64,000 nt of DNA, from positions 32,702,190-32,766,189 of the forward strand of contig NC_069001.1 in assembly GCF_001194135.2 (NCBI RefSeq). The letters are read 5' to 3'. Numbering within the stretch: position 1 is the first letter of the stretch; every line of letters begins with the position of its first letter. Positions 25,900 through 38,855 of the stretch are shown here, piece by piece. The position numbers were made by a program, and so were the translations under genes. Under the pieces are notes generated by a model that did not search any database, was not told the origin of the DNA, and saw nothing but the letters and a program-made list of their open reading frames with translations. Origin of the DNA: Octopus bimaculoides (Eukaryota).

Positions 25900-28800
25900 G
25901 ATAGGCAGATACGACAGTCTTCCACACAGTTTCTATGTACCAGATTCACTCACTGGGCATTAGTCAGTCTGGGGCTGTAATAGGAGACAGTTGCCCTAGG
26001 TGCCATGCTTTGAGACTGAACCTGAAACCTTGTGACTGCAAAGCAAGCTTCTTAGCCATTCAGCTTAACATTCTCTCCTTCCCTCCTCCAGTTGATGACT
26101 GATTATTTGGGCTTGAAACAACTGTCCCATTGTCATCAAATTCCAAAACAAGCAAAGCCAGTTGGTTGGTGTGGTGGAGGGGGGGGGCGTCTGTTTATAA
26201 TAGCACCCTTTCCACACTACCTCCTCCTCCTCCTCTCTCTATTTCTCTGTCTCTTTCCTCTGTTTGATGTCTGCTGATTTGATGTGTCACTTCCTGCCAG
26301 GGAACACTTGTTTTTCTTAAACCTGTCAGCTATTCAGTAACTAACCACAAAACTTTACATCTTCATCATCCAAGCCTACCACGGGACCACAAGTTAAATG
26401 TGATGTTAACTGAAATCCCTGGGAACAAATTTTTTATGTAAAGTCTTATTTACTTTCAGAGTAATAATCCTTTATGTGGGCTGAGCTAACAAGGGGGGCA
26501 GTGGGACTGTATGTGAGTGCTTGATTTGCTAGAAATAGCAGCTAAATTTCCTCAAAACACATCCTACTGTTTGCAGAAAAAAACGAAAGAACATTTTAGA
26601 TAATATAGTCCTAGATACATTTATGTTTGAAAAAAAAAAAATGGTTGAATATGAACTGGAATGTGTCTGATCATAGATCAGTTGAGTCTCACTCGGGGTT
26701 TATTTAATAAAAGCAAATCTCTATGAAAAAGTATTATTCTTTTCCTTGTTTAAATTATCTAAACAACAGACTTGGCTCTGTCTATCTGCCTGCCTGTCTG
26801 CTTCTTTCTTGGTCTGTCTCTTTCTCCCCCCCCCTCTCTGTCTGTCTATTTTATTTTAAATACAGCTGACCTAATAGTAATCTCTTACACTGGCACAAGG
26901 CCATAACTTTGAAAGTGAGATGTGGTGGATTATCTCTTATCTGTCTTAACATTATAATTAAATCCAAAGCTAAATACCTGCCCTTTAAAACAATTCAGGA
27001 CATAGAAATAGGTGGCATTTATGTTTCACATTCTTTAGTGATGGTTACAGAATGATAGTAGTTATCCTCCTCATCGTCATCATCATCATCAACAACAACA
27101 TCTTAGTAGTCATCATTTTAACGTTCGCTTTTCCATGTTCGCATGGGCCAGACAGAATTCATTGAGGCAGGTGTTCTATGGCTGGATGCTCTTCCCGGTG
27201 CTAAACCTCCCCAGTTTTCCAGTAAAGTAACATTTCTTTATGAACAGACGTTTTGATGGAAGATTGGAATCAAAGGACACTGCTTGTATCACTCAATGCT
27301 GAGTGTCACAGAATGCATCCAATTGTGGCCTCTGGCCTCACCATCTCCTGTGAAACTGTCCAACCCATGCCAGCATGGAAAATGGACATTAAATGACGAT
27401 GATGATGACATACATATATGCACATACACATTTACAAAATTATTAGAACTATGGAGTTGTGGTTACCCAAGTAAGAATGTTGGTCAAGTGAGGGATGTTA
27501 CAGAGCAAAAGTTGGTACAGATATCAGTAGTTCCTGCTGAACACTTAAAACTTGATGGATTTTGTCTGATGTTACCACTGTATGCTTCTTATATGATTTT
27601 TTTATATGCTTCTATGAATATGTATATTGCTCAATTTAAACTGAATGAGCCCCTAAACTATTTAAATCTAGCCTTTCAAAAAATTCCACTAGGAAACTCT
27701 TAACAAAAATTGAAGATCTATATAACTTTTAGTTATTTTAAGGCTTCTGCATGTTGTGAGGCCCTAAATTGTAGTTTGGCCCCAACCTTAACTGCACAAT
27801 CATGCCTGTGTGTACATATTTATATGATTCGAAAACGAAGTCGAGCATTTGATGTGATGGCAGAGCATTGATTGCACAAGTTCTGCTGGGCCTCACATGT
27901 TGCAAGGTTTACAGACAGATTACAGGTAGATCTGTGTAGTTGCTGAGTGGTATCTACGAATTTGGAAAAGACCACTTGGAAGGACTCTACGATGATGGGG
28001 GAGATGATTTACTTAAGCAATTTGGGTCAAGATTGAAAAGAATGGTACGATCAAGATAGAATTTGAAGTGTGTTGTAACCAGTAGTGTATAACAGGATCT
28101 GATAATCTGGTCGATACTGTGATATATATATATATATANNNNNNNNNNNNNNNNNNNNNNNNNNNNNNNNNNNNNNNNNNNNNNNNNNNNNNNNNNNNNN
28201 NNNNNNNNNNNNNNNNNNNNNNNNNNNNNNNNNNNNNNNNNNNNNNNNNNNNNNNNNNNNNNNNNNNNNNNNNNNNNNNNNNNNNNNNNNNNNNNNNNNN
28301 NNNNNNNNNNNTAAGGGTATCGTGAAAGGCCTGGCTGGAGGCCCAACCTTCCAAGTTCTTTTACAGGGCTTAGAAAAATTGAAGGGCCACTGCAATAACT
28401 GTATGAATCTGAGAGGTGAATATGTTGATTATAATTATATTTTAATGTATTTTGTTTTACCCAAAGCCTGGAACTTTTCAGTACCCCATCATATATTTGT
28501 GTGTGCGTGTATATGAGAGAGAGTTTTAGATATTTTAGAAAATGTCATCATGGAAAGATGAGAGAATATCCATTGTTCTAAAAATATGTTACAGTGCTAA
28601 AATGTCTTTTTTAAATCTTAAATGTCAGCATCTGTTTTGGTTGTCGTTTGAAATTAATTACCAGCCAACAAAAATGATTAATTTTCTTTTATCTTGTTTA
28701 TCCAAGTTATTATTTTACGTGTGGTGAAACAATGATTTGTGTGGCTTCCATGATGTGGTGGTTGGTGGCAAAAGCTCTCTTTTGACTGTCATCATCATCA

Positions 28801-31179
28801 TCATTTACAACCACAGTTGTAAAACAGATTTTTTAACCACACACTCATGCTTGTTGATAAATCTTTTTTTTTTTAATTTTTGCGTTTGGCACAAACCAAG
28901 AAGTGAGAATTAGGCCACAAAACAGCCCCAAATTCCACTCAGATAATTGCTAGAGTTCAAGGAGATTAAGTTGATTTCTGTGTCAGTAAGTGTCAGAAGA
29001 TATTTCTTCTCTTCTTAAACGCCAACAAACCAAATTTGGGTTTTTTTTTCCTCCTGTCTTCTTGGTTTCTCTTTCTTTAAGGTGACATTTACACACTTTT
29101 GGTTTTATACATCTTTATCAGGTTCAACTTCCCATTGACATTTTTCTATGCTTTCTAGGGAAAAAAACAAAACAAATAAACTTGTTGCAATTTGGTGACA
29201 TAGCCTTAACTTGAAGCATAAGAGTGCTGAGCTGGGGCAGAGAGTTGTTTTCGTTCAACCCCTGAGAGGATGAAAAGCAAAGTCAACCGTAACAGAATTT
29301 GATCTAATACAGGATAATGGTTTGAAATTTAAAATTTTGCCACAAGGCCAACAGTTTTGGGAGAGGGGACAGTAGATTCCATTGACCCCAGTGCTCAATT
29401 GGTACTTATTTTATTGACCTTGACGAGATCTGAATTTCAGAGCATAAAGATAATGAGATGCTGCAAAGCATTGTGCCTGACCTGCTAATGATTCTGCCAG
29501 CTTGCTGCATCGACCCCACTACTCAACTGGTACTCATTTTATGGACCTCGAAAGGCAAAGCCGACCATGGCAGAATTTGAACTCAGAACATAAAGATGAA
29601 CGAAATGCTGCTAAGCATTGTACCCAATGTACTAACAATTCTACCAGCTTGCAATCTTCTGGTACAGAATGATAAAGATTTAAATTAAGAAAAAAGAAAA
29701 AATGCAATGTGGGACATGAAGTTTTTTTGTTTTTTTTTTCCAGTGTTTTTTGTGTGTCTTATTAAAGTAGAAACTATCAGCTTAACCTTTTCAATGCCAA
29801 CTTGCTTAACTGAAACTACCTTTGCTTACATCATACAAAAACCTCTAATTTTGAGGTGTTTACATTTAAATTAAAACATTCCGTTGTAATTTTATGCGAG
29901 GACATTTTGATTTAAATTCTCTTCCAAACACTATCTAGACTATGACAAATTATTTTACTATTTTCACTAAATCTCTCCAAATTCTTTGTTCACTGAAATG
30001 TATTTCACCACCATCATCATCATCATCATCATCATCATCATTTAACATCTGTTTTCCCTGTTGGCTTGAGTCCAGACAGTTTTATAGGGTCCAACAAGCC
30101 ACGGAGCTGTATTGAGCTGCAGTGTCAGCTCTGGCATGATTTGTACATCCTGATACTGGCCCTTTCCTGAAGCCAACGATTTAACAGTGTGTACTGAGTG
30201 GCACTTTTTAGTGCCATTAGCACTAATGAGTAAAAAGAAAGGAAAAGAACAGAAGGAAAAATGTCCCATTAACTGGGGGAGGGGAGTATTTGAGAGGTGA
30301 GGGGGCGGGGTGGTTATTTGCCAGGTATTGAGAGGTCAAGTAACATAGACAGATAAGCCTAGCTGCCATGCTGTAGAGGAGGCACCTGTCTAGCATTTTT
30401 GGGGCAGTGGGTAAGTTAGTTATGTTAACCCAATGTTCAACTGATATTTACTCATTAGACTGTGGCCATGCTGGGGCACCACCCTGAATGAATCAACCCC
30501 AGTGCTTTTTCTTTTCTTGTTTCAGCCTGCTACTTATTCTGTCAACTCTTTTGCTGAACTGCTAAGTTACAGGGATGTAAACACACCAACACCAGATGTC
30601 AAGTGGTAGTGGAAGACAAACACACATACAAAGACACACACACGCATAGATATACATATACCATACACAGATACACACACATATATATACAACAGGCTTC
30701 TTTGATTTTCTATCTAAAAAATCCATTCACAAGGCTTTAATCAGCTGAAGGTTATAGTACAAGGCACTTGACCAAGGTGCTATGCAGTGGGACTGAACCC
30801 TGAACCATGTTGTTGGGAAGCAAGCTTCTTACCACACAGCCACACCTTTTTTCTTTTTTATCCTATGTTCTTTTTCTGTGTATTGCTAGAACTTGAAGTG
30901 ATTAAGATAAGATAAATGCCACAGGATTTAATTTGCAAGGTGTGTTGCACCTACCTTGATGCAACGAGAAATCTGAAGTTTGCTTGAGGAAACCAGATAT
31001 GTGGAAGTTTGTTGACTCACCTTTTAGTTACTAAAAATATCCATTTGAAGCATGTGGTGGTGTTAGCTTAGTGTTATTGACAATAAACGAATACAAATAT
31101 GTTGATTACGACTTGACTAGTAAACATTTAAAATGTTTCTTGTATCCTGTTTATGTTGTAAAAAAAAATCTATAATTTA

Positions 31180-31505
31180 TAGGCGTAGGAGTGGCTGTGT
31201 GGTAAGTAGCTTGCTTACCAACCACATGGTCCCAGGTTCAGTCCCACTGCGTGGCATCTTGGGCAAGTGTCTTCTGCTATAGCCTCGGGATTTGGTAGAC
31301 GGAAACTGAAAGAAGCCAGTCGTATATATGTATGTGTTTGTCCCCCCAACATTGCTTGACAATCGATGCTGGTGTGTTTATGACCCCGTAACTTAGCAGT
31401 TCGGCAAAAGAACCGATAGAATAAGTACTAGGCTTCTAAAGAATAAGTCCTGGGGTCGATTTGCTCAACTAAAGGTGGTACTCCAGCATGGCCACAGTCA
31501 AAAGA
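31180..31505 (+). mobile_element. Family A SINE, flanked by inverted family A copies at ~30460-30845(-) and ~32250-32610(-)
   Basis: ggcgtaggagtggctgtgtggtaagtagcttgcttaccaaccacatgg... The neighbouring copies are reverse complements. Confidence 0.85.
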
Positions 31506-33297
31506 CTCTCCTATTTATATATACAGACTTCATAGTGTTTCTGCACCACCTCATTTCCTAGTTGAAATACCTTAATGCCATCAACGGTATGAATGAAGCC
31601 TGTGGTAGTGTGTGTGTGTGTGTGCATGTATATTGTGTGTGTGCATGTATATTGTGTGAGTGTATGTTTGTGTCTCCTTGTACCTGATAGTGCATGATAG
31701 TTGTAAATAAGTTGACATTGTCATACAAACTGTTACCATTCATTTCCAGTATTCTGTGAAAACATATCCAGCCATGAGGAAATATTTCTTTGCTTAAAAA
31801 TAGGTGAAGGTTGGCAACAGGAGGAGCATTCAGCCCTAGAAAATCTGCCTTAGTAAACTCCATCTGACCCAAGCGAGCATGGAAAAATAGATAGTGAATC
31901 AATAATGGTGATGTGTGTGTAATGCATGCACACAAACACACATACTCTCTCTCTCATCAAAATACCTCACTGTGACCTTCAACTGTTAAAAACTAAACAC
32001 AACAACGGAAGTATGTGAAGCATTTACTTTTGCAAGTCATATAAACATGGTTCCTCACAAATGCAATCAAATAAAAACAGCAAGCTGTGCAGACATCACC
32101 ATGTATTGGTTATGGACACTGAACAAACAAACAGACATTGCTGACTGGCCAAAACAAGAGAGAAAGGCAAAAGTGACAGAGTGACATGAATGACTCCAGA
32201 ACGAAAATGTAAAACTATGATATAAATTCTTTAACTCTTTTATGACCAAATAGGTACAGGTGTGGTGATGTGGGTAAGAAGTTGTCTTCCTAGCACTTAT
32301 TCTTTGCAAGTCTAGTACTTATTTTTGCCAAACCGCTAAGTTACAGGAGCATAAACACACCAGCATTGGTTGTCAAGCAGTGGCAGTGGGAGGGGCGGTC
32401 AAACACGTATACACACACACACACACACACACATACACACACACACAGCAGTGTTCTTTCAGTTTCTGCCTACCAAATCCACTCACAAGGCTTTGGTCAG
32501 CCCAAGGCTATAGTGAAAGACACTTGCCCAAGGTGCCACACAGTGAGACTGAACCCAGAACCATGCGGTTGGGAGGAAAGCTTCTTACCACACAGCCGTG
32601 CTTGCACCTATATGTTTAAATTAATTTTGAGAATAATAATTTGGCATAATTTTGTAAAATAACTAACTTTTGCATGATTAAACTTTAATTAACTTTTTTG
32701 CTAACAAGCCACATTGGTTCTATGATACAGTTTCCCTGTTTTAAAGTTATCTGAATAAAGATTTGCCATCTAAAATTCCGCATTGATTTATCTTCCAAAT
32801 ACCACAACAATGTGGGTTATTTCAACCATTCATATTATTCTGTCTAATGTAATGTTTATTCTTGTTATTTTCAATTAATCATGCATTATCTCATAGCTTC
32901 AAGAGTTCAATGATAGGATTGTTTTTGTTGTTGTTTTTAGCATGATATTGCAGGGTAGATGTGAGAGAGATTAATCAGATTGAACATATAAGAAGGGAGA
33001 GTATTTAGGCTGGGTATGGCTGGTTTAACTACTAAGGGGTTAATAAATTCTTTGTTATTTTCAAAATTCATTGCCACAAATGCAGTGTGTTATTTCAATA
33101 GAGACAGTCAGATTGGAGGGGCTTTTTGAAAGACATTAGGTAGATTAAGGTATCAATATAAAACTGTTAAGATGTATTTTTAGGATAAAACTAGTAGAAA
33201 TGATGGGTTTGTTGAAAGGGGAGGTAACTTATATCTGTTATTAGAGGAAAATAACTTTTGTAGGTGTGATGGTGAATGTATAATGAAATCTCTCTCT

Positions 33298-33341
<44 letters not shown>

Positions 33342-33409
33342 GTATATATGCACATATATTATATACACACGTGTGTGTGTATATATCTATATACATATAT
33401 ATACACATG

Positions 33410-33845
33410 TGTGTAATTCTTCGAAACGCCGGTGTTTTAATGGTGACAGCTGATGAAGGAGATGTTTCTATGTGGCTTGCTTGTTTGTTGTACCTTGTTT
33501 ATCATTTTGTCCATGTTCTTTTGCCACGTCATGTACCCAGTTATGTATCTATATGTACATGTAGATGAAGGTATGTACATACATGTACATATATATGCAT
33601 ATACTCATATATATATATATATATATATATATANNNNNNNNNNNNNNNNNNNNNNNNNNNNNNNNNNNNNNNNNNNNNNNNNNNNNNNNNNNNNNNNNNG
33701 TGTTTTTCTCCTTATTTCTTTCTGTTGAAGAGCGTAGCTCGAAACGTTAAAGACTTTCTCTATTCCCGAGCGTTAAACTAATACATCCATTTGTTGATTA
33801 CACCACCTGTCCTCGTCTGTTGTTTTTTTTCGTAAATTCTCCCAT
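33410..33845 (+). mobile_element. Penelope-like element fragment with hammerhead-like motifs
   Basis: gctgatgaagg / cgaaac motifs at 33421-33460 and ctgttgaagagcgtagctcgaaacgtt at 33722-33748, a pattern typical of PLE pseudo-LTRs. Interrupted by microsatellite and a gap. Confidence 0.5.
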
Positions 33846-33848
33846 ATA

Positions 33849-33889
<41 letters not shown>

Positions 33890-34056
33890 TTTTTTCTCTT
33901 ATATTTTCAGTTCTTCCCCAGACTACCATCAAATCTCATTTTTGTTGAAGCAAAAAAAAAGTAAAAACCTTAAAAAAAAAACCTAAGCTAACTTAACCAA
34001 TTAAAAACAAACAAGCAAAAAAAAAAAAAACCAACCCTGTGGTCTGACATTATACG

Positions 34057-34284
34057 ATGCAAGCCTCAACACCTGTTCAACCTCGTCGTAGTTCAACAAG
34101 GTCGATAAAACGGAAAAAATTTGACGACGAGCTTGTGGAGAGTAGCCTTGTAAAGTCTGACCGGGGCCGTTTCAAGACTCTTCCTGTTATTGAAAAACCT
34201 GAACCGAACCCTCCAATTGATACTGTGGTCCCACAACTGCCCGAGAAGAAGAAAGTCACACTACCTCCACCTGAGAAAAAGAAG
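34057..34284 (+). CDS. MCRS1: MCRS1 coding exon 1
   Basis: MQASTPVQPRRSSTRSIKRKKFDDELVESSL...PPPEKKK contains the RRSSxRxIKRKKFDDELVESSL signature. Donor gtatgt, phase 0. Confidence 0.97.
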
Positions 34285-36150
34285 GTATGTAGTTGATAGA
34301 TTTTTCCAAACTATTTGTTTCTTTATTCAAAACTGTTTTTCTATGCCAGTTGTGACAAGTTTTGTCTAAGCATGTTTATATGTGTAAAGTTACCTCTTTG
34401 AGTCATGCCAGCTCATAAGGGCCAGATTCCAGGTTTCACGGTGATTGCATTCCCCACTGGGACAGGATGCCAGTCCATCACAAGATGACTCCTTTTTACC
34501 AGCTGAGTAAACTAGAGCAACATGAAATGAAGTGTTTTGCTCAAGAACACAACACGTCACCTGATCCAGAAATTGAGACCACAATCTTACAATCATGGGA
34601 CCAACACCTTAACCACTAAGCCACACACCTACTTTATATATGTGGTTAGCTATGAGTATATGCTATTGACGATGCCCAATGAAACAGAAATGTATCTAAA
34701 ATTCTCACCTAGCAACAGCTGTCTTTAAAAATGTTTATTTTGTTTGCATCTGATCTATACTGTATTTTTAACCACCATGGGAGATATTATCTCTGGATGA
34801 ATGCTGCAGTAAATTTCCCATTTGCAGCATATTTATACATTAAGTATGATTTCTAAAGTATCTCGACAGTTTTTCTGTAGAAATTAGAGCCAGTACTGAA
34901 AGTTAAGTTCGAAATAAGGAGTAATTAACAGTTGACGACTTAGGAGAGGTTAGACATCATTTGGTATTTTGTCCCATACTTGTCTCTCTTTATGTGTTTA
35001 CGTATTTTTCACTCCTTGGTCATGTCCTGTTCTTAGTGGATATTTTTTGATAATTCGCCCTGTACTTATCACTCGTGTTTCAAACCAACTACAAGCTTTT
35101 TGAAATTATTTTTGAATGATAAACTTTTAATAACCACACTGTTCCAAAATAGACTATCGATACATTATCTTCTAAGAGAACCTGGAACCATCTGATTGGA
35201 AAACAAGCTGCTTCACCACACAGCCATGCCTGCACCTAACATGATGTTCAAAGCTTTCCTTCTTTCCTTTTTTTTTTTTTTTGTTTTAAAATTTCATATT
35301 TCCATTCATTCTACAAACTTATACCCTCCATGGAAGAGATTTGTGTTCTCAAATATCTGAGTAAGTGCTGTTGTTCTTAGCTTTTGTGTGTTTCATGTGT
35401 TGGGTTGGGTTGAGTTGGTGTCATTTACTCACCAATGACAAAGTTAGTCTATTCATTTAAATGGTTGGGGTTTGTTCTTTTTTGTTTGTTTTTTTTAAAA
35501 ATCTTATTTTTAGTTTCTGTCTTGATGTAACTTAAATGTAGAAATAATAAATGAAATAATAGAATGATGTTTATCTTGGGTTGGGTGTTAGTGCTAAATT
35601 TAGACAAGAGGCTTATAACCTCTTGTGTGTGTGTGATGGGGGTTATGCCACCCATTGAGTGCACGACATTAGAGCTTGGATTTGTCTATGGTTGTAATAA
35701 TAAAAGCACTACACGAAAATGTGACGAAGCCTCATGAGTCAATAAGGAAATCTTAAACTATTTTCTTGTGGTGCTAAAAATAGCAGCCAAATATATCTTA
35801 CCTTCTTCAAAAAGAAATGAGACATTGGATAATGTTGGCTTAAGCTGTCTGAAAATAAAATGGAATGGCTATATCTGGAACACCGGTTGTCAAGCTGTGG
35901 TAGGGTCACACACACACACACACACGCGCGCGCGCGTGCATGTGCATGCGTGACAGGCTTCTTTCAGTTTCTGCCTACCAAATCCATTCATGAGGCCTTG
36001 GTTGGTCTGAAGGTAGAGTAGAAGACACCCAAGGTGCCATGCGCAGTGGGACTGAACCGGAAACCATGGGCCTGGGAATAAAGCTTCTTCTCACACAACC
36101 ATGCCTGTAAAAATATATTTCATTTCTTTCTTTTTTGTCTTTTTTTCCAG

Positions 36151-36189
36151 ACAACAAAAACAGCAGCCAAAAGGAAACAGAAGCAGAAG
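36151..36189 (+). CDS. MCRS1: MCRS1 coding exon 2 (39-nt basic microexon)
   Basis: TTKTAAKRKQKQK. Strong pyrimidine tract plus cag, donor gtattg, phase 0/0. Sits where human has the LTKRVKKSKQ segment. Confidence 0.8.
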
Positions 36190-37391
36190 GTATTGTGGGT
36201 TTTTTACTTTTAATTCTGTTTATTTTATTTTTTATTTTACCATTTTAGATCTTGCTTTAAGTGCAGATATTTGTTCCAATTTACAATATACGTACAATGT
36301 TGCTAGAGATTTCACCTTTTGATAATGTGATCAGCAGTTGAGATTTATTCTTCATAGGTGCTGGTCTTTGGATTGGGTTCATGCTAAGATCCTCTTCAAG
36401 GCTTTTAGGTGATTACATCAATCACCCACGACTTGATCTCCATAGATTGATAAAATCTATCAATCTGTATATTGAATGGTTGTCTATAGCATAAAGGGGC
36501 GCAACTCAGACACGGTCAGTGTAACAAGATGTTTGCTTGGTGCAACAATTTATTGGCAATCTCACACGAATACCCCACCACCACTACCACCTATTATCTT
36601 TTATCCTTTCCTTGTTTCAGTCATTAGACTGCAGCCATGCTGGGGGCACTGCCTCGGAGAATTTTTAGTCAAATGAATCGACCCCAGTACTTTTTTTTGT
36701 TTTAAAGCTTGGTACTTATTCTTTCGGTGCCTTTTGACAAATTGCTAAGTTATGGGGATGTAAACACACCAACACCAGTTGTTAAGTGGTGGCCACACAC
36801 ACACACACACACAAAACGGGCTTCTTTCAGTGTCCATCTGCCAAATCCACTCACAAGGCTTTGGTCGGTTCAAGGCTATAGTAGAAGAAACTTGCCCTTG
36901 CAGTGGGACTGAACATGGAACCATGTGGGTAAGAAGCAAGCTTCTTACTACAGAGCCACACCTACGACTATTTAAAAAGTTTTTTTTTTTAATTTCTTGA
37001 TAGTCAATATCATCATCATCATCATATCATCATTTCACATCCATGTTCTATGCTGCATAGGTTGGATGGTTTAACAGGGTCTAATGGCTTCCAATAACTG
37101 CCTCATGCTCCTGTGTCTTCTTTGAACTGTGGCCATACTGAGGCACTCCCTTCAAGGGTATTAGTCAGTGATAATACTTGATTGGTACTTATTTTATTTT
37201 ATTTATGAAATGCAAAGTTGACTCTGGTGGCATTTGAACTCAGTATGTAAAGAGATGTAACTAAATACCACAAGGTATCTGTGCAATGTCCTAGTGATGC
37301 TACCATCCCACTGTTTCTAGACCATTCTTTGAATATTATTTCATTTGATTTATTTTCTGTATGTAACCAGTTGTCACTTCTTCTCCCCCAG

Positions 37392-37484
37392 GATGTTACA
37401 CCAACACCAGTTACAGCTTCCACCAAGGATTTAGGACGATGGAAACCACAGGATGACTTAGCTTTGATTACCGCTGTCCAACAG
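37392..37484 (+). CDS. MCRS1: MCRS1 coding exon 3
   Basis: DVTPTPVTASTKDLGRWKPQDDLALITAVQQ. Flanked by cag and gtgagt. Confidence 0.97.
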
Positions 37485-38802
37485 GTGAGTTACTTTATGC
37501 TTATTTAGTCATGTCATTAGCCATGACTAACACACAAACAGGGGCTTTAATCTTGTCAGTTCTCGTATTTCACCAGGTCATAATCATCATCACCACCATC
37601 ACCATGGTTGTTTTAATGTCCACTTTTCCATGCTTGCATGGATTAGACTAGATTTATCGAGGCAGGTTTTCTACAACTGGGTGCTCTTCCTGTTGTAGAC
37701 ACTCAATTGCTTCCAAGCAAGGTAATATTTCCCTATGACCAAGCATGTATAATTGTGACACTCATTTTTACAACCATCATGTGATGTTAAGACTAGGGGA
37801 CAAACACACTCACACGCACTCATACACAGCCACAAACATGCACACACGCGCGCCCGCGCACACACACATTGGGTTAACCAAAGCCCTGTGAATAGATTTG
37901 ATAGAGGGAACTGTCTTATGAGCAACTCATTAGTTTGCCTTGTTAGCGTGGAAGACTGGTAATGAAGAACTTTGTTTGTATGACAATAACGTGCATTTAG
38001 AACCATCACATATCAAGACGAGTGTACACACAAACACATACATACATACACATTTATGCATACATGTGCATATGTAAAATTGCTGTCATGGCAGATACCG
38101 ATGTCACACAAATTGGCACCCATGCTAGTGGCATGTAAACACACCCCGGTGTCATGCAAATGGCACCCATACCAGTGGCACGTAAACGCACCCATTACAC
38201 TCTCGGAGTGGTTGGCACTAGGAAGGGCTTCTAGCTGTAGACAACCATACCAAATCAGACTGGAGTCTGGTGCAGCCTCCCAGCGTGCCAGCCCAGTCAA
38301 ACCGTCCAACCCATGCCAGCACGGACAACGGACGTTAAATGATGATATGTATATATTGACAGAAAAATGCACATGCATATANNNNNNNNNNNNNNNNNNN
38401 NNNNNNNNNNNNNNNNNNNNNNNNNNNNNNNNNNNNNNNNNNNNNNNNNNNNNNNNNNNNNNNNNNNNNNNNNNNNNNNNNNNNNNNNNNNNNNNNNNNN
38501 NNNNNNNNNNNNNNNNNNNNNNNNNNNNNNNNNNNNNNNNNNNNNNNNNNNNNNNNNNNNNNNNNNNNNNNNNNNNNNNNNNNNNNNNNNNNNNNNNNNN
38601 NNNNNNNNNNNNNNNNNNNNNNNNNNNNNNNNNNNNNNNNNNNNNNNNNNNNNNNNNNNNNNNNNNNNNNNNNNNNNNNNNNNNNNNNNNNNNNNNNNNN
38701 NNNNNNNNNNNNNNNNNNNNNNNNNNNNNNNNNNNNNNNNNNNNNNNNNNNNNNNNNNNNNNNNNNNNNNNNNNNNNNNNNNNNNNNNNNNNNNNNNNNN
38801 NN

Positions 38803-38855
<53 letters not shown>

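Noticed and set aside
36440-36466. Short inverted repeat agattgata...tatcaatct
   Set aside because: A 9-bp AT-rich stem is expected by chance in 64 kb.
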